Notes: a model not told the origin generated them from the sequence alone. 64,000 nt of DNA from a virus (IMGVR_UViG_3300034032_000013:1-64000); one strand, 5' to 3'. Counted from the stretch's first letter, positions 42,401-49,941 are shown. Made by a program: numbers and translations.

Positions 42401-44964
42401 GTGAATATGTATCTCGTATGATGAATACAAGAGATGCTGCTCGTATTAAAGAAGAGCTTCATACTTCTGCATTAGAATTAATTAATAATCCTTCGTTTGA
42501 TATTAGTAAAATGGAAGGAATGTTATATGATAGTACTAATACTAATAGTAGACTTATTCAAATTGTAATGAATATTATATCTAGTGTTAGAGAGAAAGTA
42601 ATATCACGATTTAATGCTAAAAATGCTGAATTAGGTAAACTTTATAAAGATTTCATTAATGAAAAAGGTAATCCTAGACCATCTGAATTGTATAAAAATA
42701 TGTATGAACAAGATGCTCAAGGTAATTATTATTTAAAAGGTGAATATAAAGTTGAATTTAGAGATAAATATATTAATGAATTTCTACCTTTAAATAAAGC
42801 GTTCTTTGAAGTACAAAAAAGATTTAAAGAAGAAGGTTTTTCTTTTTATGACTATAATACATTTCCTGAATTTATTAAAGTTAGAGATGCTCGTCGAAAA
42901 TGGTTGAAAGAAAATACTATTAAAGATGCATCTGATATTACTAAAAAGGCTTGGTTACCTCATCCTAAATATAAAAATAAAGATTTAACAGGTACTGAAG
43001 CTAGAGTATTATCTGAATTTAGAAATATTACTATTGATTCTGACCAAAATACAGGTGGTAAAAGAAGTCTTATTCGTAAAATTGATAATAAAGGTAATAA
43101 ATTATTTTTCTTTAAATTACCTGCACATTCTAAAACTGATTTTGAAAGACGATTAGAAGTTGATGTTAAAGGTTTAACTAAAGATAAATGGACTGATTTA
43201 ACTACAATTAAAGCAGATGATATTGGTTATGCTTATGGTGAAGCAATTGACTCAAAGAATGAGACTCTTAAATCTGTTAAAGTACATTTTAGAGGTAAAA
43301 TTGACCCTACTGAACAATCATTAGATTTAATGACAATGTATCGTTATGAGTTTTTAAATGGTGTAAACTATGCTGAAAAAAGTAAAGAAGAATTAACTCT
43401 AAATCTTTTAGCTGATATTTCTAAAAATAAAAGTTATATTAAACGTTCTAACAGGTCAGGTCTTGCAATGATGAATGTATTTGCTAAACGTGAACCACTT
43501 ACAACCTATGATGGTGAATTTTCACAAGAATATAAACGTATTCAAGGTATTATAGAAAGTAATATTTATGATATTACAAGTTATGCTGGTGGTAAATTAG
43601 GACCGTTAGATGTTAATAAACTTTCTAGTGCAATTAGTGGATATACAGCACAGGTATCAATGATATTTAATGCTGGTACAGGTGTAGCTAACGTTTTAAA
43701 CGGTACTACGCAATTATTTATAGAGTCACTAGGTAGTAAGTTCATTACTAAAAAATCGTTGCTTAAAGCTGAAGCTAAGTATAATGCTGACCTTCCTCAA
43801 ATTATGTCTGATTTAAGTAATCCACATAAGACTTCATTTACTAATCAAGTATTAAGAATGTTTGATACATTTGGTGGTTTCTCACCAGAACAACAAACTT
43901 TTCTTAAAAATACAATTGCTAGAAAATTAGGTTCTACTGAAAGTTTAAATGCTTTTCAAGAGATGGGTGAACATATGATGAATTCAGTTCTTACTATGGG
44001 TGTATTAGATACACTTAAAGTAATGAATGAAAATCATCAATTCATTGACAAAGATGGTAATGTTGTTGAAGAATCTAAAGCTGCATCATTACTTGATATG
44101 TTGAAACGTGATAGTCAAGGTGAACTTTATATGGATGAAAAGGTAGCGTATACTAATCATAATATGAATGTTAAATATCATAAAGGTGGTAAAGTACACG
44201 TTAATCTTCTTATTAAAAAGAAAAGTCACGATTTATTTGGTGTATATGACCCTAATTTCCAAAATGAGTTATATAAAACTTGGTATGGTAAAGCTATAAT
44301 GATGTTTAAGAAGTTCTTTATAGCAGGTGCTCAATACAGATATAAAGGTTTCCAAACATCTACTAAATCTAAAGAAGAATTATCTGATGAGGATTTAATT
44401 TATAACTCTGCTATCAAGGAATATGATGAAGGTGTTTATACATCACTTATTAGATTTTTTGCTCAAGGTGTAATACCAACTCTTAAAAATCTTAGTTTAT
44501 CTTATACAAAAGATTATTATAATAATATGACTGATTTTGAAAGAGCTAACTTACGTAAAGCTACAGCAGAGATTCTTGCAACATCTATATTAATTCCAGC
44601 AATTGGTATGTTATTAGCGGCAGCAGGTGGTGAAGATGATGACGATAAACTATGGTTTTGGATATATCAAACTCGTAGATTGGAATCTGAACTTTCACAA
44701 TTTAGGAATATTATTGAAGCAGGACGTTTAATTCAAAATCCTATTGCAGGAGTTAGAACTATTCAAAATGCTACAGGTTTCTTATATGAAGTGTTAACAC
44801 CACTTAACTTTATGCCTGATGATAAAGAAAATTTCTTCTCTTATTTAGATGAAAATTCTAAAGGTGAAAATATCCTTTGGAAGAAAACTAAAAAGATGAC
44901 TCCTATTATTAGTCAATGGGATAAAGATTATCAGACAATGCATAACTTTATTAATAAAAAGTAA
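39490..44964 (+). CDS. giant polyvalent virion protein with zincin metallopeptidase motif
   Basis: 1824 aa. HExxH is present as SFIHEVVHAQS (H629-H633, nt 41374-41388), with acidic EFVAEIYANAAF about 60 aa downstream. There is a C-terminal TM-like segment ILATSILIPAIGMLLAAAGG. TAATG overlap with the RNAP gene. Confidence 0.5.
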   Translation: MNCINKNTQEFKTLLEATKLPSIVLEMRISKWQENNGLDSYPSTEDIQHPSEVNFTLKAVNILTSDKGKEIFEKGKKAGWDLNKILTELQVPKEQKQLLLDLSITDREQLAVELAATYSYSVNINTTQKFDLEPGQEPDIDYEIIEDEDGMPIEMRPFSTTPIVNTKYYSNLTVPGGTNYTEQEISTPLITPSIKGHAQFATDKGIGWFRSDEQAGEKIGPGYENGLMDENGKIINSSVYKNIDSKTRRILEVQSDLFQKGRDKVNLVGLKSDLNSQEEDSFQRHLLETGQITQEEFNNPPIIESLFKENQFLQLLNKDSNWVTFFIKSIIQDSAKKGYEKVLFPSGNTASKVEGHETLENFVEQKQSRINYLEEKKKGEIEWVVEEAGGEEYKFSTENDANNFLNSKEFSEEFSKPTQYTKSGEYLGDIDREINQLTQEIKNVRTDGLSALKPIYDFYENKVQNIIKKQGYNPTRTTDEHGNDWFEITIDNTRDTSTIFAKKIEDLIDPNSENIFPNESNIRSSVIPDYSAEHSRILFNNKQGKITVDEILENILNNFNDLSPKGRELIEKSRRLVGRTGAKFKFISDAKLISKNTLMQIDGNTNTIEINRDRLKNFRPSLVVESFIHEVVHAQSIQALMNPQTFEEKEFKRLIDDKYRTYLDRQVDKELDRIGNYHPDLQSYGFTNEKEFVAEIYANAAFREELRQLDKENNTSFWKQFIEAVRRLFGIAKSTEANDLIEQVVDFVEQDRRDYQGMNLQRKLIFAKKTVEIPNLTSLAERLINLSNKAKDRMDQAYKRAQNNRDISPEKRAENLKDIQTVIDEMASFDDINQWKVITSYTQSLADKVNSLKVSFEKKDVTHDGLIKMINNYEDYLSSYDLLPGIQQLIGEARREQLSEEDLKDVNELDNIIRTFEGNHSRLLVDFKVAKEAQSIEILSDPRFNTKVETDNRIRLQKEYRDLKITGESMSEYVSRMMNTRDAARIKEELHTSALELINNPSFDISKMEGMLYDSTNTNSRLIQIVMNIISSVREKVISRFNAKNAELGKLYKDFINEKGNPRPSELYKNMYEQDAQGNYYLKGEYKVEFRDKYINEFLPLNKAFFEVQKRFKEEGFSFYDYNTFPEFIKVRDARRKWLKENTIKDASDITKKAWLPHPKYKNKDLTGTEARVLSEFRNITIDSDQNTGGKRSLIRKIDNKGNKLFFFKLPAHSKTDFERRLEVDVKGLTKDKWTDLTTIKADDIGYAYGEAIDSKNETLKSVKVHFRGKIDPTEQSLDLMTMYRYEFLNGVNYAEKSKEELTLNLLADISKNKSYIKRSNRSGLAMMNVFAKREPLTTYDGEFSQEYKRIQGIIESNIYDITSYAGGKLGPLDVNKLSSAISGYTAQVSMIFNAGTGVANVLNGTTQLFIESLGSKFITKKSLLKAEAKYNADLPQIMSDLSNPHKTSFTNQVLRMFDTFGGFSPEQQTFLKNTIARKLGSTESLNAFQEMGEHMMNSVLTMGVLDTLKVMNENHQFIDKDGNVVEESKAASLLDMLKRDSQGELYMDEKVAYTNHNMNVKYHKGGKVHVNLLIKKKSHDLFGVYDPNFQNELYKTWYGKAIMMFKKFFIAGAQYRYKGFQTSTKSKEELSDEDLIYNSAIKEYDEGVYTSLIRFFAQGVIPTLKNLSLSYTKDYYNNMTDFERANLRKATAEILATSILIPAIGMLLAAAGGEDDDDKLWFWIYQTRRLESELSQFRNIIEAGRLIQNPIAGVRTIQNATGFLYEVLTPLNFMPDDKENFFSYLDENSKGENILWKKTKKMTPIISQWDKDYQTMHNFINKK

Positions 44965-44969
44965 AAGTC

Positions 44970-45011
44970 AAAAAAAAGCCCCTATAGTCGTAATGACCGT
45001 AGGGGCTTTTT
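44970..45011. terminator. bidirectional terminator between convergent blocks
   Basis: aaaaaaaa-gcccctatagtc-gtaat-gaccgtaggggc-ttttt. The hairpin is flanked by an A run and a T run and sits between the last + gene and the last - gene. Confidence 0.75.
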
Positions 45012-45014
45012 GCA

Positions 45015-45296
45015 TTAAATCAATTCTGTAGCTTGAAATGTCTCAACAAAACTTTCTACCAATTTTGCGTGGTACGTTTTCTTTGTAGGCATTTGAGGTT
45101 CTTTACCTCTTAATATAGCATACGCTATAAATAAGTGCATAAGTCTCTCAGAATTACTAACAGTCACACACGATGCTGTATAAGCATCAACAGTTCTATT
45201 ACCTGTAAAGTAAACAGTTTTTCTCTGAGGTTTCAATTCAGTCTGTTCTTTAGATAATCTTTTAATCTCTTCTACAATCTTATGGAATCTTCTCAT
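45015..45296 (-). CDS. hypothetical protein
   Basis: 93 aa. ATGA overlap with the upstream PTH2-like gene. Confidence 0.6.
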   Translation of the reverse strand: MRRFHKIVEEIKRLSKEQTELKPQRKTVYFTGNRTVDAYTASCVTVSNSERLMHLFIAYAILRGKEPQMPTKKTYHAKLVESFVETFQATELI

Positions 45297-45634
45297 GATA
45301 ATGTTAAATTTAAGTTTTTAAATAATTTCTTGTGCAAATCCTCAGGAATTGCTTGAATCGTTATAGATGTAATTTCATTACCAATGTCAGGTTCTTCAAA
45401 TACAGTATACTTAATTCTTAAATCATCTAGTTTGGAAATCATAATATTCATCTTTAATTTAGAAGTTTCTAAACAACAAAGGTAATTTGATTGTAATTCC
45501 CAGTCCTTAAATTCAGGTCCATGTCTAGCTGCAAACTCAGCTAATCCATGACATGATTGAACCACTTTGTAACCAGAAGAGATGTCTTCTCGAACAATGA
45601 TGGTGAGTTTATCACCTTTTCTAATCTACGTCAT
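45293..45634 (-). CDS. PTH2-like (peptidyl-tRNA hydrolase 2 fold) protein with in-frame TAG at codon 3
   Basis: The track ORF starts at GTG 45565. The frame continues upstream as ATG ACG TAG ATT AGA AAA GGT GAT AAA CTC ACC ATC ATT GTT CGA GAA GAC..., which encodes KLTIIVREDISSGYKVVQSCHG. That matches the PTH2 N-terminal pattern (hydrophobic strand-VRxDL-xxG-K-xxAQ-xxHA). There is no ATG, GTG or TTG between the TAG and 45565. Confidence 0.45.
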
Positions 45635-45654
45635 AATAACAAATTTAATGTTAG

Positions 45655-45726
45655 CGACCTGTATGGGACTCGAACCCATAACCTGCGGTTTTAGAGACCG
45701 CTGCTCTACCATTGAGCTAACAAGTC
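45655..45726 (-). tRNA. amber suppressor tRNA, anticodon CUA (tRNA-Trp-like body)
   Basis: Minus-strand sequence GACTTGT-TA-GCTC-AATGGTA-GAGC-A-GCGGT-CTCTAAA-ACCGC-AGGTT-ATGGG-TTCGAGT-CCCAT-ACAGGTC-G. It has a 7-bp acceptor stem, 4-bp D stem, 5-bp anticodon stem and 5-bp T stem, with a TTCGAGT T-loop. In the anticodon loop C-U-[CUA]-A-A, U33 and A37 are in place. No CCA is encoded. Confidence 0.85.
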
Positions 45727-45752
45727 TTTTGGGAGAAATTAATCTCCCATTT

Positions 45753-46136
45753 TTATTTAGTTAAATACCAATATGTTAAAAATAATTGACAATAATGTAA
45801 GAATTGGTCAAAACCAATCCAACTGAAAGCACCAATATTTGGTATTGAACTTCCAAGTTCTTTTCTTGCAAATTTTCTGCTTACTATTTTACTAGTTATA
45901 AAATCTGTTATTGTATGCGCAATAAAAGTTATACCTATGAATTTCAGTGTGAACACTATAGAGTGGTCTAAAATTAACATAATTGGTATAAACCATAATA
46001 CTGAATACACAGCTGTATGAGTTAGTAAATCTGAAAGATTACTACTCTTACCTAAAGCCCATTTTTCATCTTGACAAATGAAATCATTTATCCAATGAAA
46101 TAATGCTATGAGTAATATTGCTTTAATTTCTATCAT
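45753..46136 (-). CDS. multi-pass membrane protein (DUF3307-like)
   Basis: 127 aa with 3-4 hydrophobic helices and an HWINDFICQ motif. Confidence 0.5.
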   Translation of the reverse strand: MIEIKAILLIALFHWINDFICQDEKWALGKSSNLSDLLTHTAVYSVLWFIPIMLILDHSIVFTLKFIGITFIAHTITDFITSKIVSRKFARKELGSSIPNIGAFSWIGFDQFLHYCQLFLTYWYLTK

Positions 46137-46137
46137 T

Positions 46138-46449
46138 TTAAATTAATTTTTCAGTTTCAACAACTGTTAAAATTTCAATTGATTCAATCGTATGAATACC
46201 ATACTCTCCATAAGGAATATAATTTTCTAAAAACTCAATTTCTTCTTCTGATAATTGTGGATATAAAATATGAGGGTCATTATCCTCATCTTGTATATCT
46301 CCTCTACCCCAAGATAAATCATAACTTCCAATATTAAGTTTACTTAAAATATCTTTTACTTTAATAATATCATCTTCAGTAATCTGAGTTTTTTTGTTTA
46401 TATAATCACCATCATTTGTATCTGCTTGAACTATAATATATTTTATCAT
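46138..46449 (-). CDS. hypothetical acidic protein
   Basis: 103 aa, 1 nt spacing on both sides. Confidence 0.6.
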   Translation of the reverse strand: MIKYIIVQADTNDGDYINKKTQITEDDIIKVKDILSKLNIGSYDLSWGRGDIQDEDNDPHILYPQLSEEEIEFLENYIPYGEYGIHTIESIEILTVVETEKLI

Positions 46450-46450
46450 A

Positions 46451-46663
46451 TTAAAATTTTACTAAGAAACTACCTTCTTTCAAAGATACATCTTGATTTA
46501 ACAACCAAATATCCAATTTATCTAATTTTTCATCATCAGAAAAATGACATTCAACATAAGTATATTCTTTTTTATATGTTGATAATATACTATCTCTAGT
46601 AAGTTCTTCTGGAATATCACTATAATTTATTACTTTAAATGTAATCTTTTTTACTTTACTCAT
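46451..46663 (-). CDS. hypothetical protein
   Basis: 70 aa. Overlaps the thyX stop by 8 nt. Confidence 0.55.
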   Translation of the reverse strand: MSKVKKITFKVINYSDIPEELTRDSILSTYKKEYTYVECHFSDDEKLDKLDIWLLNQDVSLKEGSFLVKF

Positions 46664-47381
46664 CTAAACTCATTATTAATTCTTTATACTTTTCACACTT
46701 TTCTTCAAATTTAATTCTATTATCAATAACTTTAAGTATATTTTCCAATTTACCTTCAGTTTCATTTTGAACTAAATCCCACATTACTTGAGCTATTTCT
46801 CGAATTTCCAATTGAGCATGTTCACTATTTCTAAGTTTAATAAAATTAGCAAAACTTCTCATATTGAATTGAATATCAACTTGAATTTGAGAACTATAAG
46901 TTTTAAAGAATCTAGCACTTTCTTTAGCTCTTTTACGACCTAATATAGGTGTTAAATCTTCTAAACATTGATGGTATAATTTATTACCCATTATATTAAA
47001 TCCCTCTAATATATCAATCCATCTTTCCCCTTGTTCATCTTGAATAACATCTTTTGATACTCTCGCAATATCGATATTCCAATCTTCGGGTAAATAATAC
47101 TTATCTTCTTTTAGCTCTTTATATCTAGCAGATTCACCATTAATACTAGCAATACGATGCTTTAATAATTGAATATGACTAGCTATTTCACTATCAACAA
47201 GAAAATGTACATTCACCTTTTCAAATGGAGTTTCGTGTTTATTGCTCCATAAAGTTTCAAGCAGATTAGGTATTCTCGCTCTTTTGCTATCAGTAAGTTC
47301 TCTCGATGTACTTGTCCAAGCACTTAAAGCTACTGTTTCATCACTACCATAAAAACCTAATAATTCTACTTTATTTGTCAT
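46656..47381 (-). CDS. thyX: flavin-dependent thymidylate synthase ThyX
   Basis: ThyX signature (R/K)HRxxSxxxxSxR is present as KHRIASINGESAR. The C-terminal LRNSEHAQLEIREIA element is also present. 241 aa. Confidence 0.8.
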   Translation of the reverse strand: MTNKVELLGFYGSDETVALSAWTSTSRELTDSKRARIPNLLETLWSNKHETPFEKVNVHFLVDSEIASHIQLLKHRIASINGESARYKELKEDKYYLPEDWNIDIARVSKDVIQDEQGERWIDILEGFNIMGNKLYHQCLEDLTPILGRKRAKESARFFKTYSSQIQVDIQFNMRSFANFIKLRNSEHAQLEIREIAQVMWDLVQNETEGKLENILKVIDNRIKFEEKCEKYKELIMSLDE

Positions 47382-47544
47382 TTACCGATTTATTGTATTT
47401 ATAGATTAACCATTCAATTTCGGATATTCTAGCATTTAATTCAACTATTTTTATATTATCATAAAATTTAGTGAATTTTGGTCGCATTGCAGTAGCTAAA
47501 TCTGATTTTAAATGGTTTAATCTATCGTTAAGTATCTTTTCCAT
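47371..47544 (-). CDS. small hypothetical protein (not in supplied ORF track)
   Basis: 57 aa: MEKILNDRLNHLKSDLATAMRPKFTKFYDNIKIVELNARISEIEWLIYKYNKSVNDK. Its ATG overlaps the upstream stop (TAATG at 47542-47546). Its 3' end overlaps the thyX start by 11 nt, filling an otherwise empty 160-nt gap. Confidence 0.5.
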   Translation of the reverse strand: MEKILNDRLNHLKSDLATAMRPKFTKFYDNIKIVELNARISEIEWLIYKYNKSVNDK

Positions 47545-47873
47545 TATTCATCTTGACTTTCTATTCTATCAATTATTGATGCCATTTTAAGTATAAGATA
47601 AATAACATTATCTCCAAATTTCTCATCTAATACTTTAATCGTTGGTAATTTACCTTCTACTAAATCATTAGTAATATCTGCAATAGATATTTCGTGTTTT
47701 AATAACATTCCATCCAATACTTTCTCACGTATTAACCCAGACTTCTGAGCACCTACATCAAAATTATGAAATGGATTATTATTACGTCTATATTCTTTTC
47801 CCTTTACAATAAGAGTTTCTCTAATCCCATTAAGGAATACATCTACTACTTCATCAAATCTCTTTTCTGTCAT
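47544..47873 (-). CDS. small helical protein, possibly MazG/DUF1599 (Nmad1)-like
   Basis: 109 aa. The segment KGKEYRRNNNPFHNF...LLKHEISIADI...VIYLILKMASIID has the feel of all-alpha NTP-pyrophosphatase-like domains. Unverified. Confidence 0.25.
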   Translation of the reverse strand: MTEKRFDEVVDVFLNGIRETLIVKGKEYRRNNNPFHNFDVGAQKSGLIREKVLDGMLLKHEISIADITNDLVEGKLPTIKVLDEKFGDNVIYLILKMASIIDRIESQDE

Positions 47874-48244
47874 TATTCTTTTGGTTTATAATGTTTATCA
47901 CATAGTACAGTAACCCATCCATCATTTCTAACTTTACCAGGTTCTCCACATTCTTCACAAGTGTGGTAAGAAAGTTCTTCATACTTATCGACTATCAATC
48001 TTTGTTCTTGAGTTAATCCATTAGTATAAAATCTTAATCCACCAAACTTTTCTTTAACTTGAGTAATATGCTTATCCCAACCAGCTTGTATTAATTCTTC
48101 AATTAAATCTTTTACTAGTTGATACCAACCTTTACCTATACTAAAAAATCCAGCAGACTTAATAGGTGGTTTGTTTGTAAACATACCATTCTCTAATCCA
48201 CCAATACTTTCAAGATATTCTTCAAATTCTTTTTCTGTTACCAT
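47873..48244 (-). CDS. hypothetical protein with C-terminal zinc-ribbon-like Cys/His cluster
   Basis: 123 aa with HTCEECGEPG...LCDKH. Confidence 0.5.
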   Translation of the reverse strand: MVTEKEFEEYLESIGGLENGMFTNKPPIKSAGFFSIGKGWYQLVKDLIEELIQAGWDKHITQVKEKFGGLRFYTNGLTQEQRLIVDKYEELSYHTCEECGEPGKVRNDGWVTVLCDKHYKPKE

Positions 48245-48888
48245 ATTATAGGTTCTTTAAGTAATTGATTAACTTTATTAAAGCAATCATTACAATTCCA
48301 CGTTCCACCTCTATAAACTGCTGCAACTGGATGTTCAGCTGTTATAACTTCACTATTATGTATATAAGGTAATAATGTTTGAGCATCTTTTCCCCATAAT
48401 AGAAATATAACACCACCTTTCTTATCCAATTTTTCAATAGTTCTTCGAGTAAATATTTCCCAACCCTTACCTTTATGACTATTACTAACACCTTTGTCAA
48501 CGGTTAGTACATTATTAAGTAACATCACACCTTGGTCAACCCATCTAGTAAGATTATTATTCCAAAATGGATGTATAGTACCACCATAAACAGTCTTAGC
48601 AATTGCTTTTTCAATTTGTCTAAGACTTGGTGTATAACTACCATCCTCTACTGAAAATGATAATCCGTGAGCCTGATTAGGTTTAATATAAGGGTCTTGA
48701 CCTACTATACAAACTTTAACATTTGAATATGGTGTTGAACGATATGCATTAAATATATTATGAGCTTCAGGATATATAGTAGTTTCTAACCTTCTTTGTT
48801 TAACAAAGTTATTTAAATCTTCCATATATTGCTTACCAAACTCATCTTTCATTAACTCATACCATTCTTCACCTAATAATTCTTTCAT
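48238..48888 (-). CDS. ung: uracil-DNA glycosylase, family 1
   Basis: VGQDPY (catalytic Asp), AHGLSFSV, TPSLRQI, MLLNNVLTV, NSHKGKGWEIFT, FLLWGKDAQ and a C-terminal EHPVAA His motif are all present, in canonical order. Confidence 0.85.
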   Translation of the reverse strand: MKELLGEEWYELMKDEFGKQYMEDLNNFVKQRRLETTIYPEAHNIFNAYRSTPYSNVKVCIVGQDPYIKPNQAHGLSFSVEDGSYTPSLRQIEKAIAKTVYGGTIHPFWNNNLTRWVDQGVMLLNNVLTVDKGVSNSHKGKGWEIFTRRTIEKLDKKGGVIFLLWGKDAQTLLPYIHNSEVITAEHPVAAVYRGGTWNCNDCFNKVNQLLKEPIIW

Positions 48889-49175
48889 TATATTTGTCCT
48901 TTATATTTTCCAGATTTAAAATATTCTGCAAATTTACCTAATTTGTAAGTAACTCTAGCTTTCACATCATCTTTAGAAAACAATTCTTCTAATACTTTTA
49001 GGCGTATCTTAACATCACCAATTTCATCAGTTACTTCTTTTAAATTAACTTTATTAGGTTTATTAACTAATTGTATAAGTACTAATGAAAGTTCATTAAG
49101 CTCTTCTGCTGCTTTTAAAAGGTTATAAGTATAATCATTAGTTTCAGCTAATTTATTTATAATCTCTTTATCCAT
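48888..49175 (-). CDS. MazG-like nucleotide pyrophosphohydrolase
   Basis: 95 aa with an EExxE ... ExxD arrangement (AAEELNEL ... TDEIGDV). Confidence 0.45.
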   Translation of the reverse strand: MDKEIINKLAETNDYTYNLLKAAEELNELSLVLIQLVNKPNKVNLKEVTDEIGDVKIRLKVLEELFSKDDVKARVTYKLGKFAEYFKSGKYKGQI

Positions 49176-49941
49176 TAGGTTGTAATTTTAATCTATTTAT
49201 AGCAGCTTGTATACCAAAGTTATGTACACTCATTGCATTTACAGTAACACCTACATCTTTATATTTATATAAAAAGACTTTCTTATTCTTCTTACTATTA
49301 TTATAGAAAGTTAAAGCAAGATTTTTCATATAATTATCAGATGATATAATAGTTTTATGATTTGTTATTATTTCTTCAGTACTTAATTTAAGTTCTTCTT
49401 CTGTAATATTAAAATAACATCTAATAATTAATGTAAATACACTTATTAAAGCTGTTGTTTTAGTCCAAAATATAGGAGATTCAAAAATTAATGTATCTTC
49501 ATCAAGAATAATAACTGTTCTACTAGGTAATTTTAACATTTCTTCAAATCTATTAATAAACTGTTGAAGATTTTGATATCTTTCAATTAATAATTTTTTT
49601 GCTTTATCAAAATCTGCCCAATTTCCACCACCATTACGATGTAGAGTATTAACACCCAGATAAAAAATATCTTTACCATCAAAACAATTTAATATCTCAT
49701 GATTATAACCATATGCTACACCAATAGTTTTCTTTTCAGATTCAACGAATATAAAATCATTTAAATAATCTTTACAAGCTGTAAATGGCATAAGACAGTT
49801 GTATTTATCTTTATCTGTTTTTTCAAGTATAGAAAAGCCAATACCATAATCTCTTCCTTCACCAAGGTTTTCACGACCTGCTTTATCTTTAATTTTTTTC
49901 ATTAAGTTTATATTTTTGTATACAGTCTTTAACACTATCAC
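49168..49941 (-). CDS. hypothetical protein
   Basis: 257 aa ORF. The start may instead be the internal MKKIKDK (49902), which reduces the overlap with the helicase gene. Confidence 0.6.
   Translation of the reverse strand: MIVLKTVYKNINLMKKIKDKAGRENLGEGRDYGIGFSILEKTDKDKYNCLMPFTACKDYLNDFIFVESEKKTIGVAYGYNHEILNCFDGKDIFYLGVNTLHRNGGGNWADFDKAKKLLIERYQNLQQFINRFEEMLKLPSRTVIILDEDTLIFESPIFWTKTTALISVFTLIIRCYFNITEEELKLSTEEIITNHKTIISSDNYMKNLALTFYNNSKKNKKVFLYKYKDVGVTVNAMSVHNFGIQAAINRLKLQPNG

Noticed and set aside
1-44964. Genome-wide TAG (or TGA) stop-codon reassignment of late genes, as in many crAss-like phages
   Set aside because: All late ORFs, including those of 1349, 1518, 2188 and 1824 aa, are uninterrupted in the standard code. 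Adjacent ORFs are not joined in frame through TAG. The only in-frame TAG I found that matters is at 45626-45628.
45731-45748. Hairpin gggaga-aattaa-tctccc as a terminator upstream of the tRNA
   Set aside because: The T run follows it only on the + strand, where nothing is transcribed towards it. On the - strand it is followed by AAAAG. It may be a processing or insulating hairpin, but I cannot support a terminator call.
45582-45764. 60-aa + strand ORF from the track
   Set aside because: It runs antisense across the tRNA gene and the PTH2-like 5' region. It has no neighbours on that strand, and the region is better explained by the tRNA.
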